Positions 63,366-64,000 of a stretch of 64,000 bases of DNA are shown piece by piece. The notes under the pieces were generated by a model. That model did not search any database. It was not told the origin of the DNA and worked only from the letters and a program-made list of their open reading frames with translations. Position 1 is the first letter of the stretch, and every line of letters starts with the position of its first letter. Origin of the DNA: Candidatus Dormiibacterota bacterium (GTDB lineage: Bacteria; Chloroflexota; Dormibacteria; Aeolococcales; Aeolococcaceae); the NCBI GenBank assembly GCA_963709585.1, contig CAVPXI010000005.1, forward strand, positions 1 through 64,000. Direction: 5' to 3'. Made by a program: the position numbers and the translations under genes.

Positions 63366-64000
63366 TCGTCACGTAGGTGGCGATCGCCACGCCGGTCGCA
63401 GTCGTGGCGAGGATGTCGTAGCGGGTCGCTCCCGCGGGAACCGTGGCGTCGGCAACGAAGTGGCCGATGGGGTCGAGCCTCCGGCTCACCAGAATCGTCG
63501 GGGTGCCACCCGGAGGAGTCATGCCGATGGTCGTGGTCGCGATCTGAATCTCGCTCGTCTCGTTCGAGCTCGTGAAGAACGTGACGTGAAACTCGTCAGC
63601 GCCGGCCTTGTCGGGGTCGATGTACACCTGCGCGAGCCAGCCGCTCTGGAGCTGGATCGAGTACAGGGTCGGTAGCCCGCTGAAGCGTGCGGCGACGACG
63701 ATCGGCGCCGGGGTGATGGTGGTCAGCTGGAGATGGACCTCGGCGGAACGCTGGGCATTCTCGATGATCACCGCGACCTCCCAGATCCCGGCAATCGCGA
63801 GGTTGCCTCCACGCGCGGTGAAGGTCCCGTCGGATTGACGCTTGAGCGTCAACGTCAACTCGCCGAGTTGCGGCCGCAGCGGCTGCGTGAACTCGAGCTC
63901 CACCGAGCCCGCGTGAACAGGTGCACCTGTGTCGTAGTCGGTCACGCGCAAAGCGAAGTTGTTGAACCCGGCGGCCCCAGGTGACACGACGAGGCGCACC
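63349..64000 (-). CDS. C-terminal part of a CopC/CopD-type copper protein with YtkA/FixH-like Ig domains; continues beyond the window
   Basis: VSPGAAGFNNF..GGNLAIAGIWEV and IDPDKAGADEFHVTF tandem beta domains. Confidence 0.55.
   Translation of the reverse strand, partial: VRLVVSPGAAGFNNFALRVTDYDTGAPVHAGSVELEFTQPLRPQLGELTLTLKRQSDGTFTARGGNLAIAGIWEVAVIIENAQRSAEVHLQLTTITPAPIVVAARFSGLPTLYSIQLQSGWLAQVYIDPDKAGADEFHVTFFTSSNETSEIQIATTTIGMTPPGGTPTILVSRRLDPIGHFVADATVPAGATRYDILATTATGVAIATYVTITPGS

Overview
A high-GC bacterial chromosomal segment. The gene set resembles soil Chloroflexota/Dormibacterota-type Terrabacteria; this is an inference. Left to right: a surface-glycan locus (two paralogous GT-C-like membrane proteins, ugd, UDP-glucuronate decarboxylase, GT2, WcaJ-type priming transferase, a further GT-C-like protein); dacA, MOSC, a ClgR-like regulator coupled to a second clpP, OsmC, an AAA ATPase, a class A PBP and a rhomboid. 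Next is a long minus-strand housekeeping run (tRNA-Leu, tig, ABC exporter, clpP, clpX, valS, double zinc ribbon, four degenerate Hyf/Ehr/Mrp-like membrane subunits, maf, lipoprotein, rplU, rpmA, obgE, nadD, rsfS). Then come two ArnT/PMT glycosyltransferases, mscL, elaA, leuS, eis, alkZ and tRNA-Thr, followed by an amino-sugar modification island, a catabolic operon whose 5' half is deleted, and the end of a CopC/D-like gene. Best leads: (1) a four-subunit complex-I-like membrane arm with eroded proton-channel residues and no redox partner, inside a housekeeping operon; (2) a ClgR-like regulator carrying a ClpP-docking IGF motif; (3) six of nine apparent indels are a doubled A in GAGTC/GACTC, suggesting m6A methylation read through long-read errors; (4) the tRNA-Thr glycan island with a remnant third GT-C paralog. 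No CRISPR, rRNA, transposase or integrase was seen. All family calls come from motif recognition by eye, without database searches.
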